Shown: positions 1 through 9,612 of the stretch, piece by piece
Layout of the letters: each line of letters starts with the position of its first letter
Position numbering within the stretch: position 1 is the stretch's first letter
Source of the DNA: Dickeya solani IPO 2222
GTDB taxonomy: Bacteria; Pseudomonadota; Gammaproteobacteria; Enterobacterales; Enterobacteriaceae
Length of the DNA: 32,000 nt
Assembly (NCBI RefSeq): GCF_001644705.1
Contig: NZ_CP015137.1
Span: forward strand, 2,790,001-2,822,000
Reading direction: 5' to 3'
Notes under the pieces: generated by a model
What the model was told of the DNA's origin: nothing
Databases searched by the model: none
The model's input: only the letters and a program-made list of their open reading frames with translations
Program-made: the position numbers and the translations under genes

Positions 1-879
1 GAACTGCCGGCGGCGTTCACCGCCTGGCTGAATGAACACAACACCTTCTGCTCGACACTGGTGGACCGCATCGTGACCGGTTACCCGCGCGCCGAAGTGG
101 ATGCACTACAGCAGGAACTGGGTTATCAGGACACCTTCCTGGATACCGCTGAGTACTTCTACCTGTTCGTGATTCAGGGGCCGCAATGGCTGGCGGAAGA
201 GCTGCGTCTTAACAAGCTGAGCCTGAACGTGCGTATTGTCGACGACATCAAACCGTACAAAGAACGCAAAGTGGCGATTCTTAACGGCGCGCATACCGCG
301 CTGGTGCCGGTGGCGTTTTTGGCCGGCCTGGATACCGTGGGCGAATCCATGAGTGATGCGCAGATCGGCAAGTTTGTCGAAACCACCATCGCCGACGAGA
401 TCGTACCGGTGCTGGATCTGCCGCACGACGAATTAATGTCGTTCGCTCAGGCGGTGCTGAGCCGTTTCAGAAACCCGTTCATTCAGCACCAGTTGCTGTC
501 CATCGCCCTGAACGGCATGACCAAATTCCGTACCCGCATCCTGCCGCAACTGCTGACCTACCGCGAACGCCACGGCGCCTTGCCGAAACGCCTGACCTTC
601 GCGCTGGCGGCGCTGATTGCTTTTTATCGCGGCGAGCGCAACGGCGACAGCTACCCGCTGCAGGATGACGCTCACTGGCTGGAACGCTACGAAGTGCTGT
701 GGGGCGGCGTGCGCGCCGGCACTACGTCGCTGGCGCAGGTGGTGAACGCGGTGCTGGGCGATGCGGAGCACTGGGAGCAGGATTTGACGCTGGTGCCTGG
801 TCTGGCGGCGCTGGTCACCGAACAACTGCAGGCTATCGTTGATCGCGGCATGCGTGACGCGGTGGCGGGTTATTGCTAA
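1..879 (+). CDS. uxaB: altronate oxidoreductase / tagaturonate reductase, C-terminal part (5' end outside window)
   Basis: Frame 1 is open from base 1 ([29 protein letters not shown]...) and runs into track ORF 61..879. Mannitol-dehydrogenase-family C-terminal domain. Stops 18 bp before uxaA. Confidence 0.85.
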   Translation, partial: ELPAAFTAWLNEHNTFCSTLVDRIVTGYPRAEVDALQQELGYQDTFLDTAEYFYLFVIQGPQWLAEELRLNKLSLNVRIVDDIKPYKERKVAILNGAHTALVPVAFLAGLDTVGESMSDAQIGKFVETTIADEIVPVLDLPHDELMSFAQAVLSRFRNPFIQHQLLSIALNGMTKFRTRILPQLLTYRERHGALPKRLTFALAALIAFYRGERNGDSYPLQDDAHWLERYEVLWGGVRAGTTSLAQVVNAVLGDAEHWEQDLTLVPGLAALVTEQLQAIVDRGMRDAVAGYC

Positions 880-897
880 TCGCATAAGGTTTTATCC

Positions 898-2388
898 ATG
901 CAGAGCATCATCAAGATTCATTCGTTGGACAATGTCGCCGTCGCCCTGCGCGATCTGGCGCAGGATGAAACGGTGTCGGTTGGCGATATCTCCCTGACGT
1001 TGCCGCAGGCGGTGGCGCGCGGGCATAAGTTCGCCCTCAAGCCGATGGCGTCCGGCGACATGATCGTCAAATACGGGCTGCCGATCGGCCATGCGCTGGT
1101 CGCCATCGCGCCCGGCGAGCACATCCACTCGCAGAATGCCAAAACCAACCTGAGCGATCTGGATCAGTATCAGTACCAGCCGGAGTTCATCGATCTGCCG
1201 GCGCAGGTGGCGGATCGCGAGGTGGAGATCTATCGTCGCGAAAACGGCAACGTCGGGATTCGCAACGAACTGTGGATCTTGCCGACCGTCGGCTGCGTCA
1301 ACGGCATCGCCCGTCAGATCCAGCAGCGTTTCCTCAAGGAAACCAACGATGCGGAAGGCATCGACGGCGTTTACCTGTTCACTCATCCGTTCGGTTGTTC
1401 CCAACTGGGGCAGGACCACGAAAACACCCGCACTATGCTGCAGAACATGGTGCGTCACCCGAATGCGGGTGCGGTACTGGTCATCGGTCTGGGGTGTGAG
1501 AACAATCAGGTGTCCGCATTCCGCGACACGCTGGGTGAATTCGATGCCGATCGCGTCAACTTCATGATCTGCCAACAGCAGGAAGATGAAGTGGAAGCCG
1601 GTCTGGAGCGCCTGCACCAGTTGTATCAGGTGATGCGTGACGATCGCCGGATGCCGGGTAAACTCAGCGAGCTGAAGTTTGGTCTGGAGTGCGGCGGTTC
1701 GGACGGTCTGTCCGGCATTACCGCCAACCCGCTGCTGGGACGTTTCTCGGATTATCTCATCGCCAACGGCGGCACCACCGTGCTGACCGAGGTGCCGGAA
1801 ATGTTCGGTGCCGAGCGCATCCTGATGAGTCGGTGCCGCGATGAGGCCACATTCGAGAAAACCGTGCATATGGTCAATGATTTCAAACAGTATTTCATTG
1901 AACATAACCAGCCGATCTACGAAAACCCGTCGCCGGGCAACAAAGCGGGCGGCATCACCACCCTGGAGGAGAAATCCCTCGGTTGCACCCAGAAAGCGGG
2001 GCAGAGCCAGGTGGTGGACGTGCTCAAGTATGGCGAACGCCTGCATACGCCGGGGCTGAACCTGCTGAGCGCGCCGGGTAACGATGCGGTGGCCACCAGC
2101 GCGCTGGCGGGCGCCGGCTGTCATATGGTGCTGTTCAGTACCGGTCGAGGTACGCCTTACGGCGGTTTTGTGCCGACGGTGAAGCTGGCGACCAACACCG
2201 AACTGGCGCAAAAGAAACCGCACTGGATCGACTTTGACGCTGGCCGGCTGATTCACGGTATGTCGATGGACGAGCTGCTGTCGCAGTTTGTCGATCTGAT
2301 CGTCGAGATCGCCAACGGTAAGCAGGCGAAAAACGAGATCAACGACTTCCGCGAACTGGCGATATTTAAAAGCGGTGTGACCTTGTAA
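898..2388 (+). CDS. uxaA: altronate dehydratase
   Basis: 496 aa. N-terminal SAF-like segment (IKIHSLDNVAVAL) plus a UxaA/GarD-type dehydratase core. Length and sequence resemble E. coli UxaA. AAGG lies 8 nt upstream of the ATG. Confidence 0.95.
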   Translation: MQSIIKIHSLDNVAVALRDLAQDETVSVGDISLTLPQAVARGHKFALKPMASGDMIVKYGLPIGHALVAIAPGEHIHSQNAKTNLSDLDQYQYQPEFIDLPAQVADREVEIYRRENGNVGIRNELWILPTVGCVNGIARQIQQRFLKETNDAEGIDGVYLFTHPFGCSQLGQDHENTRTMLQNMVRHPNAGAVLVIGLGCENNQVSAFRDTLGEFDADRVNFMICQQQEDEVEAGLERLHQLYQVMRDDRRMPGKLSELKFGLECGGSDGLSGITANPLLGRFSDYLIANGGTTVLTEVPEMFGAERILMSRCRDEATFEKTVHMVNDFKQYFIEHNQPIYENPSPGNKAGGITTLEEKSLGCTQKAGQSQVVDVLKYGERLHTPGLNLLSAPGNDAVATSALAGAGCHMVLFSTGRGTPYGGFVPTVKLATNTELAQKKPHWIDFDAGRLIHGMSMDELLSQFVDLIVEIANGKQAKNEINDFRELAIFKSGVTL

Positions 2389-2456
2389 AGCGGATCATGA
2401 CCAACACGATCGTTATCAATCCGGTCGTTGTAAATTCAGACGATTCTAAATAAAAT

Positions 2457-2491
2457 AAAACGGCGTTTCATTATTTGAACGCCGTTTTTTC
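2457..2491 (+). terminator. rho-independent terminator after uxaA
   Basis: Stem aacggcgtt (2459-2467) / aacgccgtt (2478-2486), followed by a T-run to 2490. Confidence 0.8.
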
Positions 2492-2517
2492 GTAATTGCG
2501 CTTTTAAGGCAGGGATC

Positions 2518-3063
2518 ATGACATCTTACGTATTTGCTCAGGCAGTTGGCGTACTGGCCTTTCTGGTCGGTATCACTATGTTTTTCAACCGCAGTGAAAA
2601 GAAATTTAAAATCCAGCTCTCCGCCTATAGCGCGGTTATCGCCTGTCACTTCTTCCTGATGGGAGCGAACGCGGCCGGCATGAGCGCCATGCTGAACTCG
2701 GGCCGCACCCTGATCACCCTGAAAACCAACAATATCGCGGTGATGTTCGTGTTTATTGCCCTTACGCTGGGGCTTGGCTTACCGGGTGTGAAACATCCGA
2801 TGGAACTGCTGCCGATTATCGGCACGGTGTGCAGCACCTGGGCGTTGTTCCGGGCGCATGGGTTGACCACGCGCTGTATCATCTGGTGCTCGACCGCGTT
2901 GTGGGTGATGCACAATATATGGTTGGGGTCGATCGGCGGATCGTTGATTGAAGCGAGCTTTCTGGTGATAAACGGTTTCAATATCATCCGTTTCTGGCGT
3001 ATGCAGCGTAACGGTATCGACCCGTTCAAGATGGATGAACATTCGTCCACCAAGAGCGCCTGA
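2518..3063 (+). CDS. ygjV: inner membrane protein YgjV
   Basis: 181 aa, multi-pass hydrophobic. N-terminus MTSYVFAQAVGVLAFLVGITMFFNR and C-terminal IIRFWRMQ..GIDPFK resemble E. coli YgjV as I recall it. Sits near uxaA/alx as in E. coli. Confidence 0.7.
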   Translation: MTSYVFAQAVGVLAFLVGITMFFNRSEKKFKIQLSAYSAVIACHFFLMGANAAGMSAMLNSGRTLITLKTNNIAVMFVFIALTLGLGLPGVKHPMELLPIIGTVCSTWALFRAHGLTTRCIIWCSTALWVMHNIWLGSIGGSLIEASFLVINGFNIIRFWRMQRNGIDPFKMDEHSSTKSA

Positions 3064-3092
3064 GAAAAGAGCCCCGCGGCGGCGGGGCTTGC
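3064..3092. terminator. hairpin between convergent ygjV and alx (likely bidirectional terminator)
   Basis: agccccgc (3070-3077) / gcggggct (3082-3089) with a 4-nt loop. A-run on the plus side gives cttttctc after the stem on the minus strand. Confidence 0.6.
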
Positions 3093-3109
3093 GTTAGCAG
3101 ACGGCGGTA

Positions 3110-4063
3110 TCAACGCCCGGCGCGGCGATTGACCCAGATGTTGATCAGGATGGTGACCAGCAGGATAGCCGCCACCACGCTGAGCGAAATGGCGACCGGA
3201 ATGTGGAACAGATCGATCAGCATCATCTTGATGCCGATAAAGATCAGGATCACCGCCAGCCCGTATTTCAGCATCGAGAACTTCTGCGCCACGCCCGCCA
3301 GCAGGAAGTACATGGCGCGTAGCCCCAGAATGGCGAACAGGTTTGACGTCAGCACGATGAACGGGTCGGTGGTGACGGCGAAAATGGCCGGGATGCTGTC
3401 GACCGCGAAGATCACATCGCTGATCTCCACCATCACCAGCACCAGAAACAGCGGCGTGGCGTACCACAGGCCGTTCTGGCGGATAAAGAAATGCTCGCCT
3501 TGCAGGTCGTCGGTCATCCGCAGGTGGCTGCGCAGCCAGCGGACCACCGGTTTATCGCCGATGGCGGTGTCGTCCGCTTTAGCCAGCGCCATTTTGAGGC
3601 CGGTGAGCAGCAGGAATGCGCCAAACAGGTATAACAGCCACTGGAACTGGGAAACCAGCCAGCTACCGGCGAACACCATGATGGTACGCAGTACGATCGC
3701 CCCCAACACGCCGTAAATAAGCACCCGGCGCTGGTACTGGGCGGGGATGGCAAAATAGCCGAACAACATCAGCCAGACGAATACGTTGTCGACGGCCAGC
3801 GCTTTTTCGATCAGATAACCGGTAAAGAACGCTAGCGCCTGAGCATCCGCCACCTCACGGCCCATAGTGCCGTTGAGATACCACCAAAAACCGGCGTTGA
3901 ACAGTATTGAGAGCGAGACCCAAATCAGCGACCAGACGGCGGCCTGCCGGAAGGTCATCACTGTAGAGCCTTTCTTGCCCTGATAAAACAGGTCAATGGC
4001 CAGCATGACCACCACAATGATTGCGAAGCTGCTCCACATCAGGGGAGTGCCTATAGTTACCAT
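3110..4063 (-). CDS. alx: TerC-family membrane protein Alx (putative Mn2+ exporter)
   Basis: 317 aa polytopic membrane protein of the TerC family (E. coli Alx is ~321 aa). Preceded by a yybP-ykoY-type leader, as alx is in E. coli. Confidence 0.9.
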   Translation of the reverse strand: MVTIGTPLMWSSFAIIVVVMLAIDLFYQGKKGSTVMTFRQAAVWSLIWVSLSILFNAGFWWYLNGTMGREVADAQALAFFTGYLIEKALAVDNVFVWLMLFGYFAIPAQYQRRVLIYGVLGAIVLRTIMVFAGSWLVSQFQWLLYLFGAFLLLTGLKMALAKADDTAIGDKPVVRWLRSHLRMTDDLQGEHFFIRQNGLWYATPLFLVLVMVEISDVIFAVDSIPAIFAVTTDPFIVLTSNLFAILGLRAMYFLLAGVAQKFSMLKYGLAVILIFIGIKMMLIDLFHIPVAISLSVVAAILLVTILINIWVNRRAGR

Positions 4064-4116
4064 AACAGTATCCCTCAGAACCTATCCCATTAGGGCGATG
4101 TCATCGGCTCTTAGTC

Positions 4117-4155
4117 AGAAAACAAAACGGCCTGTGTCAGAAGGCACAGGCCGTT
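4117..4155 (-). terminator. intrinsic terminator in the alx leader (riboswitch expression platform)
   Basis: Minus-strand RNA aacggcctgtg-ccttctga-cacaggccgtt followed by ttttgtttt. 11-bp stem at 4126-4136 / 4145-4155. Confidence 0.7.
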
Positions 4156-4187
4156 TGCTATTAAGCTGCAAATAGACCTCGCCTTCT

Positions 4188-4300
4188 GGCAAGGTCTCAC
4201 TTACAACTTAATGTGGATAGAGTCATTAAGGTTGCCTGGTAACCGAGTGCAGTTGCACTGTAATGACGATTAACCAGCGAGAAGTTACTCCCCTTTGCAA
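4188..4300 (-). promoter_or_regulatory. yybP-ykoY (Mn2+) riboswitch aptamer upstream of alx
   Basis: Minus strand reads GCAAAGGGGAGUAAC (4298..4284) and, ~90 nt later, GUGAGACCUUGCC (4200..4188). These match the conserved GGGGAGUAG and GAGACC loops of the motif. GCAAGG/CCUUGC can close P1. Confidence 0.75.
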
Positions 4301-4305
4301 TACCA

Positions 4306-4334
4306 AAGATAGGATAGTTCCTGTACAGGGTCAA
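4306..4334 (-). promoter_or_regulatory. candidate sigma70 promoter of alx
   Basis: Minus strand TTGACC (4334..4329), 17-nt spacer, TATCTT (4311..4306). The predicted start falls a few nt before the riboswitch GCAAAGGGG. Confidence 0.5.
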
Positions 4335-4340
4335 ACAATT

Positions 4341-4366
4341 CCATTTGCCGTGCCCATTTGCCGTGC
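4341..4366. repeat. perfect tandem duplication, 13 bp x2 (ccatttgccgtgc)
   Basis: 4341-4353 and 4354-4366 are identical. Lies just upstream of the alx -35 in the alx/rlmG divergent region. Confidence 0.9.
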
Positions 4367-4531
4367 CACAGGCGCTCTCGTTTGGTGGGGGATGTACGTG
4401 TCGCTTACGCGAGCGGGTGAATAGGTTGCCAGCATGACAGACTATCGGGGGTCGGCAGGGAAACCATTTACTTTACTGCGACGCCGTTTTAAGGGATAAA
4501 CAGCGCCAGATTTTGTATTGCAGGAGAGGCC

Positions 4532-5683
4532 ATGAGCCAACTTGATCTGGAAACACATAGCCTGACGCTGGTCCGCTATCCGCAGTCCGATCGCGAGTCC
4601 CCGTTGCAGGCCTGGGAAGCGGCGGATGAATATCTGCTGCGGGAATTGGCCGCGATGCCGTTCGGGCCTGGCCCCCGGCTGATTTTCAACGACGCGTTCG
4701 GGGCGCTGGCCTGTGGTTTACAGGCGCAGGCGCCCTGTTGCATCAGCGATTCGTACCTCAGTCAGCTGTCGACCCGGCATAATCTGTCGCTCAATGGATT
4801 CGCGCCGGAGTCGGTCACCCAACTGGACAGTCTGGCTCCCTTGCCGGACGCGCCGGCGCTGGTGGTGTTGAAAGTGCCGAAAACGCTGGCGCTGCTGGAG
4901 CATCAGTTGCATCAACTGCGCGAGGTAGTGACGCCGCAAACGGTGGTCATTGCCGGTGCGAAAGCGCGTGACATCCACACCTCCACGCTGCAACTGTTCG
5001 AACAAATTTTGGGGCCGACCCGTACCTCGTTGGCCTGGAAAAAAGCCCGGCTGATTCACTGCCAGCCGGAGCCGCGTACGTTCGGCGAACAATCGCAGAT
5101 GTCGGTCTGGACGCTGGATAGCGCCGATTCCCCTATCCACAACTACCACATTCACAACTACGCCAGTGTGTTTGCCCGCAGCGGGCTGGATATCGGCGCC
5201 CGTTTTTTCATGCAGCATTTGCCGCAGCAACTGGACGGCAAAATTGTCGATCTGGGCAGCGGCAACGGCGTCATCGGCCTGGCCGCGCTAGCGCTGAATC
5301 CGCAGGCGTATGTCAGCTTTTTCGACGAGTCCTATATGGCGGTGGCCTCAAGTCAGCGCAATGTGGAATATAACCGGCCGCAGGATATGGCGCGCAGCAG
5401 TTTTGTGGTGAACCATGCGCTGGCGGGCGTCGGGCAGGATAGCCTGCAGGCGGTGCTGTGCAATCCGCCGTTCCATCAGCAACAGGCGATTACCGATGAT
5501 ATCGCCTGGCAGATGTTTTCCGATGCGCGCCGCTGTCTGGCGGTTGGTGGTGAGTTGCGGGTCGTCGGCAACCGCCATCTGGACTACTTCCACAAGCTGA
5601 AACGGCTGTTCGGCAATTGCGAAAACGTCGCCAGCAATCCGAAGTTTGTCGTGCTGCGTGCGGTAAAAACCCGCAGTCACTAG
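4532..5683 (+). CDS. rlmG: 23S rRNA (guanine1835-N2)-methyltransferase
   Basis: 383 aa. Tandem methyltransferase domains with SAM motif [11 protein letters not shown] and catalytic NPPFH. Resembles E. coli RlmG (YgjO). GGAGAGG SD before the ATG. Confidence 0.9.
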   Translation: MSQLDLETHSLTLVRYPQSDRESPLQAWEAADEYLLRELAAMPFGPGPRLIFNDAFGALACGLQAQAPCCISDSYLSQLSTRHNLSLNGFAPESVTQLDSLAPLPDAPALVVLKVPKTLALLEHQLHQLREVVTPQTVVIAGAKARDIHTSTLQLFEQILGPTRTSLAWKKARLIHCQPEPRTFGEQSQMSVWTLDSADSPIHNYHIHNYASVFARSGLDIGARFFMQHLPQQLDGKIVDLGSGNGVIGLAALALNPQAYVSFFDESYMAVASSQRNVEYNRPQDMARSSFVVNHALAGVGQDSLQAVLCNPPFHQQQAITDDIAWQMFSDARRCLAVGGELRVVGNRHLDYFHKLKRLFGNCENVASNPKFVVLRAVKTRSH

Positions 5684-5744
5684 GCGGCGTTGCCCGCGCG
5701 GCATTTGTTGTCGCGCGGGACTGTCATTATAATCCGCAGGTTAT

Positions 5745-5769
5745 GTCAGCGAAGGTACGTCAGCGAAGG
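5745..5769. repeat. tandem repeat gtcagcgaagg x2 (14-bp period)
   Basis: 5745-5755 and 5759-5769 are identical 11-mers. The second copy supplies the GAAGGA SD of the following ORF. Confidence 0.85.
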
Positions 5770-5776
5770 AAACCCT

Positions 5777-6073
5777 ATGTGTATCGAAGAGTTGGAAGCA
5801 CGGTTGGACAGCGCGCTGCAGGCGCTGGAAGCCAGTGTCAGCCGACAGCAACAGATCTGGCAGCGCGATTATCAGCAGCTTCATTTGCAACTGGCGCAGG
5901 CCCGCCAGCGCGAAGCGGATTTGTGCGCAAGAATCAATGAGCTGGTTACCCGGGTCAACATGATGGATGAATCCCCCGAGCGCAATCCGTTGCTGCAGAA
6001 AATCAACCTGATCCGCGCCCACCTTGATGCGCTGGCTAAAGAAGCCGCCGCGTTTCATCGTTCTCTGCCCTGA
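5777..6073 (+). CDS. hypothetical coiled-coil protein (98 aa)
   Basis: ATG 6 nt after AAGGA. Heptad-like Q/L/A/E-rich sequence (EELEARLDSALQALEASVSRQQQIW...). G/C-rich third codon positions like the neighbours. Followed by a terminator. No family recognised. Confidence 0.55.
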   Translation: MCIEELEARLDSALQALEASVSRQQQIWQRDYQQLHLQLAQARQREADLCARINELVTRVNMMDESPERNPLLQKINLIRAHLDALAKEAAAFHRSLP

Positions 6074-6104
6074 CGATCGGTCAGGGCCGATCTGTTTTAT
6101 TTTC
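6068..6104 (+). terminator. terminator after the coiled-coil ORF
   Basis: Alternative hairpins ccctgac/gtcaggg (6068-6086) and gatcgg/ccgatc (6075-6092), followed by tgttttatttt. Confidence 0.6.
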
Positions 6105-6387
6105 GGTATTATTTTTCTGGTTAATTATATTTGTTTTTATTTTCCATCATGGCATTGGTGTTTTATTTATAATTTCATTTTCTTTCTTTTTATTCGTATT
6201 TTTTCTGTTTGTTTTATTTAAAGAAATTATATTGACTGTTGTGTGAGTGATGAACCAATACCCGGATAATGAGAGTCATAAATTCCTATTGTAGGGTGAA
6301 TATGTCTGAAGCATCAGGCGAGAAAAAAAGAGAATCTCTCTCTTTTTATTTATTCATTTATTCCTCTATTTCTACAGGAGCATTATT

Positions 6388-7335
6388 ATGGCCTATCCAA
6401 CTACTGGCACTTCCGGTATGGTCGGTTTTGCAAAAGCGGGTAGCACCACTGGCGGCACAGGCGGTACCGTTGTTTCTATTACCAGTCTTAGCGACCTGAA
6501 AACGCACGTGGCGGGAACGGATGCGAAAATTCTGGTGATTAACGCCAATATCAGCGCCAGCGCATTAACCAAAGTGACGCTGGGTGCGAATAAATCGATT
6601 ATTGGCTCTTATAGCAGTAATACGCTGACTAATATTCATTTTCGCAGTGCGTCGAGTTCGAAGAATATTATTTTCCAGAATCTGACGTTTAAGCATACCA
6701 GTACCATCAATGGCAATGACGATATTCAAATTTACCTCACGAGCGGCAGTAAATACTGGCTGGATCATCTCACCTTTCCCGGCCATGATTATACGCTGAC
6801 TGACGGCGGGTTGGATAAACTGATTTATATCGGTGAAAAAGCTGATTACGTCACCATTAGCAACTGCCTGTTTAAAAATCATGAATACGGTTTGATTTTC
6901 GGTTATCCGCAGGACGGCAGCAGCAATGGTTCAACCTACGACGGCTACCCGCACCTGACTATTTGCCACTGCTATTTCAGCAATATTTACGTGCGTGCGC
7001 CGGGGCTGATGCGTTATGGCTATTACCACGCCTATAACAACTTCATCGACAAATACCAACTGGGTTTCACGCTGGCGCAGAATGCCAAGATTGTGTCCGA
7101 GTATAACTATTTCGGCACTACCACCAGCAGTAACAAAGGGATGTTGGACGACAAAGGGACCGGGACCTTTACCGATACCGGCAGCACGCCGTCCATTACC
7201 AACCAGACCTCGTCGGCCAGCAAGTGGGCGCCGTCTTCCAATTACAGCTACACGCTGAAGACGGTTTCTGAAGCCAAAACCTTTACCCAGAAATACGCCG
7301 GAGTACAAAGCAGCAGCCTGACTTTCGGCGGGTAA
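6388..7335 (+). CDS. pectate lyase homologue (PL1-type parallel beta-helix), no signal peptide
   Basis: 315 aa. vWiDH-like motif YWLDHLTF (WLDH at 6757-6768). RAPGLMRYGYYHAYNN (6994-) resembles the PL1 RxPxxR-[YF]G-x2-H-x-[YF]NN block. Asp-rich NGNDDIQIY and DGGLDKLIY. AGGAG SD 7 nt before the ATG. Gene and upstream region are visibly AT-richer than the flanks. Confidence 0.8.
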   Translation: MAYPTTGTSGMVGFAKAGSTTGGTGGTVVSITSLSDLKTHVAGTDAKILVINANISASALTKVTLGANKSIIGSYSSNTLTNIHFRSASSSKNIIFQNLTFKHTSTINGNDDIQIYLTSGSKYWLDHLTFPGHDYTLTDGGLDKLIYIGEKADYVTISNCLFKNHEYGLIFGYPQDGSSNGSTYDGYPHLTICHCYFSNIYVRAPGLMRYGYYHAYNNFIDKYQLGFTLAQNAKIVSEYNYFGTTTSSNKGMLDDKGTGTFTDTGSTPSITNQTSSASKWAPSSNYSYTLKTVSEAKTFTQKYAGVQSSSLTFGG

Positions 7336-7342
7336 ACTATCC

Positions 7343-7369
7343 AAACGGGCTGGCGACAGCCCGTTTTCA
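7343..7369 (+). terminator. rho-independent terminator after the pectate lyase gene
   Basis: aacgggctg (7344-7352) / cagcccgtt (7358-7366), then tttc. Confidence 0.8.
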
Positions 7370-7510
7370 CGTCAGTGTTCAGGCCGCTTTCACAAAAAGG
7401 CGGCTCGCTATTGTGGATGACGTGATTGCTCAATCCATGACTGCTCAACCCTTGAACACGCCGGGGCTTAACGCTAAGGTAAGCGCCTCTCGGCCACCCC
7501 AGGTTCAACC

Positions 7511-8101
7511 ATGATTACCCTCGCTCTCATCGACGATCACCTTATTGTCCGTTCCGGTTTTGCCCAACTGCTGGGGCTTGAGCCCGATATGCAGGTGGTG
7601 GGGGAATTCGGTTCCGGGCGCGAGGCGCTCGCGGGGCTGCCGGGGCGGGGGGTGCAAGTCTGTATCTGCGATATTTCGATGCCGGACCTCTCCGGACTGG
7701 AACTGCTCAGCCAACTGCCGAAGGGCATGGCGGTGATTATGCTGTCGGTGCACGACAGCCCGGCGCTGATCGAACAGGCGTTGAACGCCGGGGCGCGGGG
7801 GTTTCTCTCTAAACGCTGTAGCCCGGATGAGCTGATTGCGGCGGTGCGCACTGTTGCCGGAGGCGGCTGTTATCTGACGCCGGATATCGCCCTGAAACTG
7901 GCGTCAGGCCGGCGAGACCCGTTGACTCGCCGTGAGCGTCAGGTGGCGGAAAAGCTGGCGCAGGGGAGGGCGGTGAAAGCCATCGCCGCCGAATTGGGGT
8001 TGTCGCCGAAAACGGTCCACGTTCACCGGGCCAACCTGATGGAAAAACTGGGCGTCAATAACGACGTGGAGTTGGCCCGACGCATGTTTGAAGGCTGGTG
8101 A
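7511..8101 (+). CDS. uhpA: response regulator UhpA (NarL/FixJ family)
   Basis: 196 aa, nearly collinear with E. coli UhpA as I recall it ([25 protein letters not shown]...[10 protein letters not shown]). Receiver domain plus LuxR-type HTH. Confidence 0.95.
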   Translation: MITLALIDDHLIVRSGFAQLLGLEPDMQVVGEFGSGREALAGLPGRGVQVCICDISMPDLSGLELLSQLPKGMAVIMLSVHDSPALIEQALNAGARGFLSKRCSPDELIAAVRTVAGGGCYLTPDIALKLASGRRDPLTRRERQVAEKLAQGRAVKAIAAELGLSPKTVHVHRANLMEKLGVNNDVELARRMFEGW

Positions 8102-9612
8102 TGCGCCCGATTGCTACCTGGCTTATCGCCGCCTTCGCCAGCTGTTTTATCTTCTCCGCCGCGTGGTTTTGCCTGTGGAGCATCAGCCTGCATCTGGTGA
8201 CGCGCCCGGATCTGGCCGCGCTGCTGTTTCCTTTCGGTTTGCGGCTGGGGCTGATGCTACAGTCGCCGCGCCGTTTCTGGCCGGTGTTGCTGGGCAGTGA
8301 ATGGCTGCTTCTGGTCTGGCTGGCGCAGGAAGTGGCGCTGGCGAATTTGCCGCTGCTGCTAACGGGCAGCGTGCTGGCGCTGCTGCCGGTGATGCTGGTG
8401 TCCCGACGGCCGCGCCAGGATGACTGGCACACCTTGCTGTTGCAGGGCGGCGCGCTGATTGCGGCGGCGCTGCTGCAATCCCTGCCGTGGCTCGGCCGCG
8501 GCGAAGAGGCGCTCACGGTGCTGCTGCTGACCCTGACCGGCGGACTGACGCTCTCGCCCACCTGTTTGCTGATCTGGCACTACCTATCCAGCTCGACCTG
8601 GTTACCGCTGGGGCCGTCGCTGGTTTCCCAACCGGTGAACTGGCGCGGGCGCCATCTGCTGTGGTATCTGCTGCTGTTTGTAGTCAGCCTGTGGCTGCAA
8701 CTGGGGCTGCCGGCGGAGTTGTCGCGTTTTACCCCGTTCTGTCTGGCGCTGCCGATCATTGCGCTCGCCTGGCACTATGGCTGGCAGGGCGCGCTGATCG
8801 CTACCCTGATGAACGCCATTGCGCTCATCGCCAGCCAGACCTGGCATGAACATCCGGTGGATTTGCTGCTCTCGCTGCTGGCTCAGAGCCTGACCGGGTT
8901 GCTGCTCGGCGCGGGGATTCAGCGCCTGCGCGAGCTCAACCTGTCGCTGCAAAACCAACTGGCGCGTAATCGCCGTCTGGCGGAGCGGTTGCTGGCGACG
9001 GAAGAATACGTACGGCGCGATGTGGCGCGGGAACTGCACGACGATATCGGCCAGACCATCACCGCCATTCGCACGCAGGCGAGTATTCTTCAGCGGCTGG
9101 CGCCGGAGAACCGCGGCGTGCTACAGAGCGGGGCGCTCATCGAGCAGTTATCGCTCGGGGTGTATGATTCGGTGCGCCGGCTGATGGGCCGCCTGCGCCC
9201 GCGTCAGCTGGACGATCTCACGCTGGAGCAGGCGGTGCGTTCGCTGATGCGCGAGATGGAGTTGGAAGCGCACGGCATCGTCAGCCATCTGGCCTGGCAC
9301 ATTGACGAAGCGTCGCTCAGTGAAGGATTACGGGTAACGCTGTTTCGCGTTTGTCAGGAAGGGCTGAACAATATTGTGAAACACGCCAGCGCCAGCGCGG
9401 TGACGTTGCAGGTCTGGCAGCAGGACGAGCGGCTGACGCTGGTGATCGAGGACGACGGCGGCGGGCTGCTGCCTGGGTCTGGCGCCGAAGGTTTCGGTCT
9501 GCTCGGGATACGCGAGCGCGTCACGGCGTTGGGCGGCACCTTACAGCTTTCCTGTACTCACGGCACCCGTTTAACCGTCAGCCTGCCGCTGCCCGCCGGC
9601 AAGGAGTCTTGA
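8101..9612 (+). CDS. uhpB: sensor histidine kinase UhpB
   Basis: N-terminal multi-pass membrane domain ([17 protein letters not shown]), H-box ELHDDIGQ, HATPase_c. ATG overlaps the uhpA stop as TGATG. A GTG at 8098 is an alternative start. Confidence 0.93.
   Translation: MRPIATWLIAAFASCFIFSAAWFCLWSISLHLVTRPDLAALLFPFGLRLGLMLQSPRRFWPVLLGSEWLLLVWLAQEVALANLPLLLTGSVLALLPVMLVSRRPRQDDWHTLLLQGGALIAAALLQSLPWLGRGEEALTVLLLTLTGGLTLSPTCLLIWHYLSSSTWLPLGPSLVSQPVNWRGRHLLWYLLLFVVSLWLQLGLPAELSRFTPFCLALPIIALAWHYGWQGALIATLMNAIALIASQTWHEHPVDLLLSLLAQSLTGLLLGAGIQRLRELNLSLQNQLARNRRLAERLLATEEYVRRDVARELHDDIGQTITAIRTQASILQRLAPENRGVLQSGALIEQLSLGVYDSVRRLMGRLRPRQLDDLTLEQAVRSLMREMELEAHGIVSHLAWHIDEASLSEGLRVTLFRVCQEGLNNIVKHASASAVTLQVWQQDERLTLVIEDDGGGLLPGSGAEGFGLLGIRERVTALGGTLQLSCTHGTRLTVSLPLPAGKES

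Noticed and set aside
892-2256. 454-aa ORF on the minus strand
   Set aside because: It is entirely antisense to the strongly supported uxaA. The translation is R/H/Q/A-rich and low-complexity, as expected for antisense frames in GC-rich DNA, and there is no SD.
2646-3467. 273-aa minus-strand ORF bridging ygjV and alx
   Set aside because: It overlaps two well-supported genes, antisense to ygjV and out of frame with alx. The translation is Arg/Pro/Gly-rich with no domain signal.
5617-5940. 107-aa ORF overlapping the rlmG end and the coiled-coil ORF
   Set aside because: It is an alternative frame with an Arg/Ala/Gly-rich product. The coiled-coil frame has the better SD, codon bias and terminator placement.
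6080-6387. Search for a KdgR operator or an HrpL hrp-box upstream of the leaderless pectate lyase
   Set aside because: I found only a half-site-like tttca and a GAACC (6252-6256) with no CCAC-type partner at 15-17 bp. The evidence is not sufficient to call either site.
9351-9611. 87-codon N-terminal extension of the uhpC ORF in the track
   Set aside because: It lies inside uhpB in another frame and reads as Arg/Ala-rich nonsense. The MSSFPNIRF start at 9612 has an AAGGAG SD and the same TGATG stop/start coupling as uhpA/uhpB.
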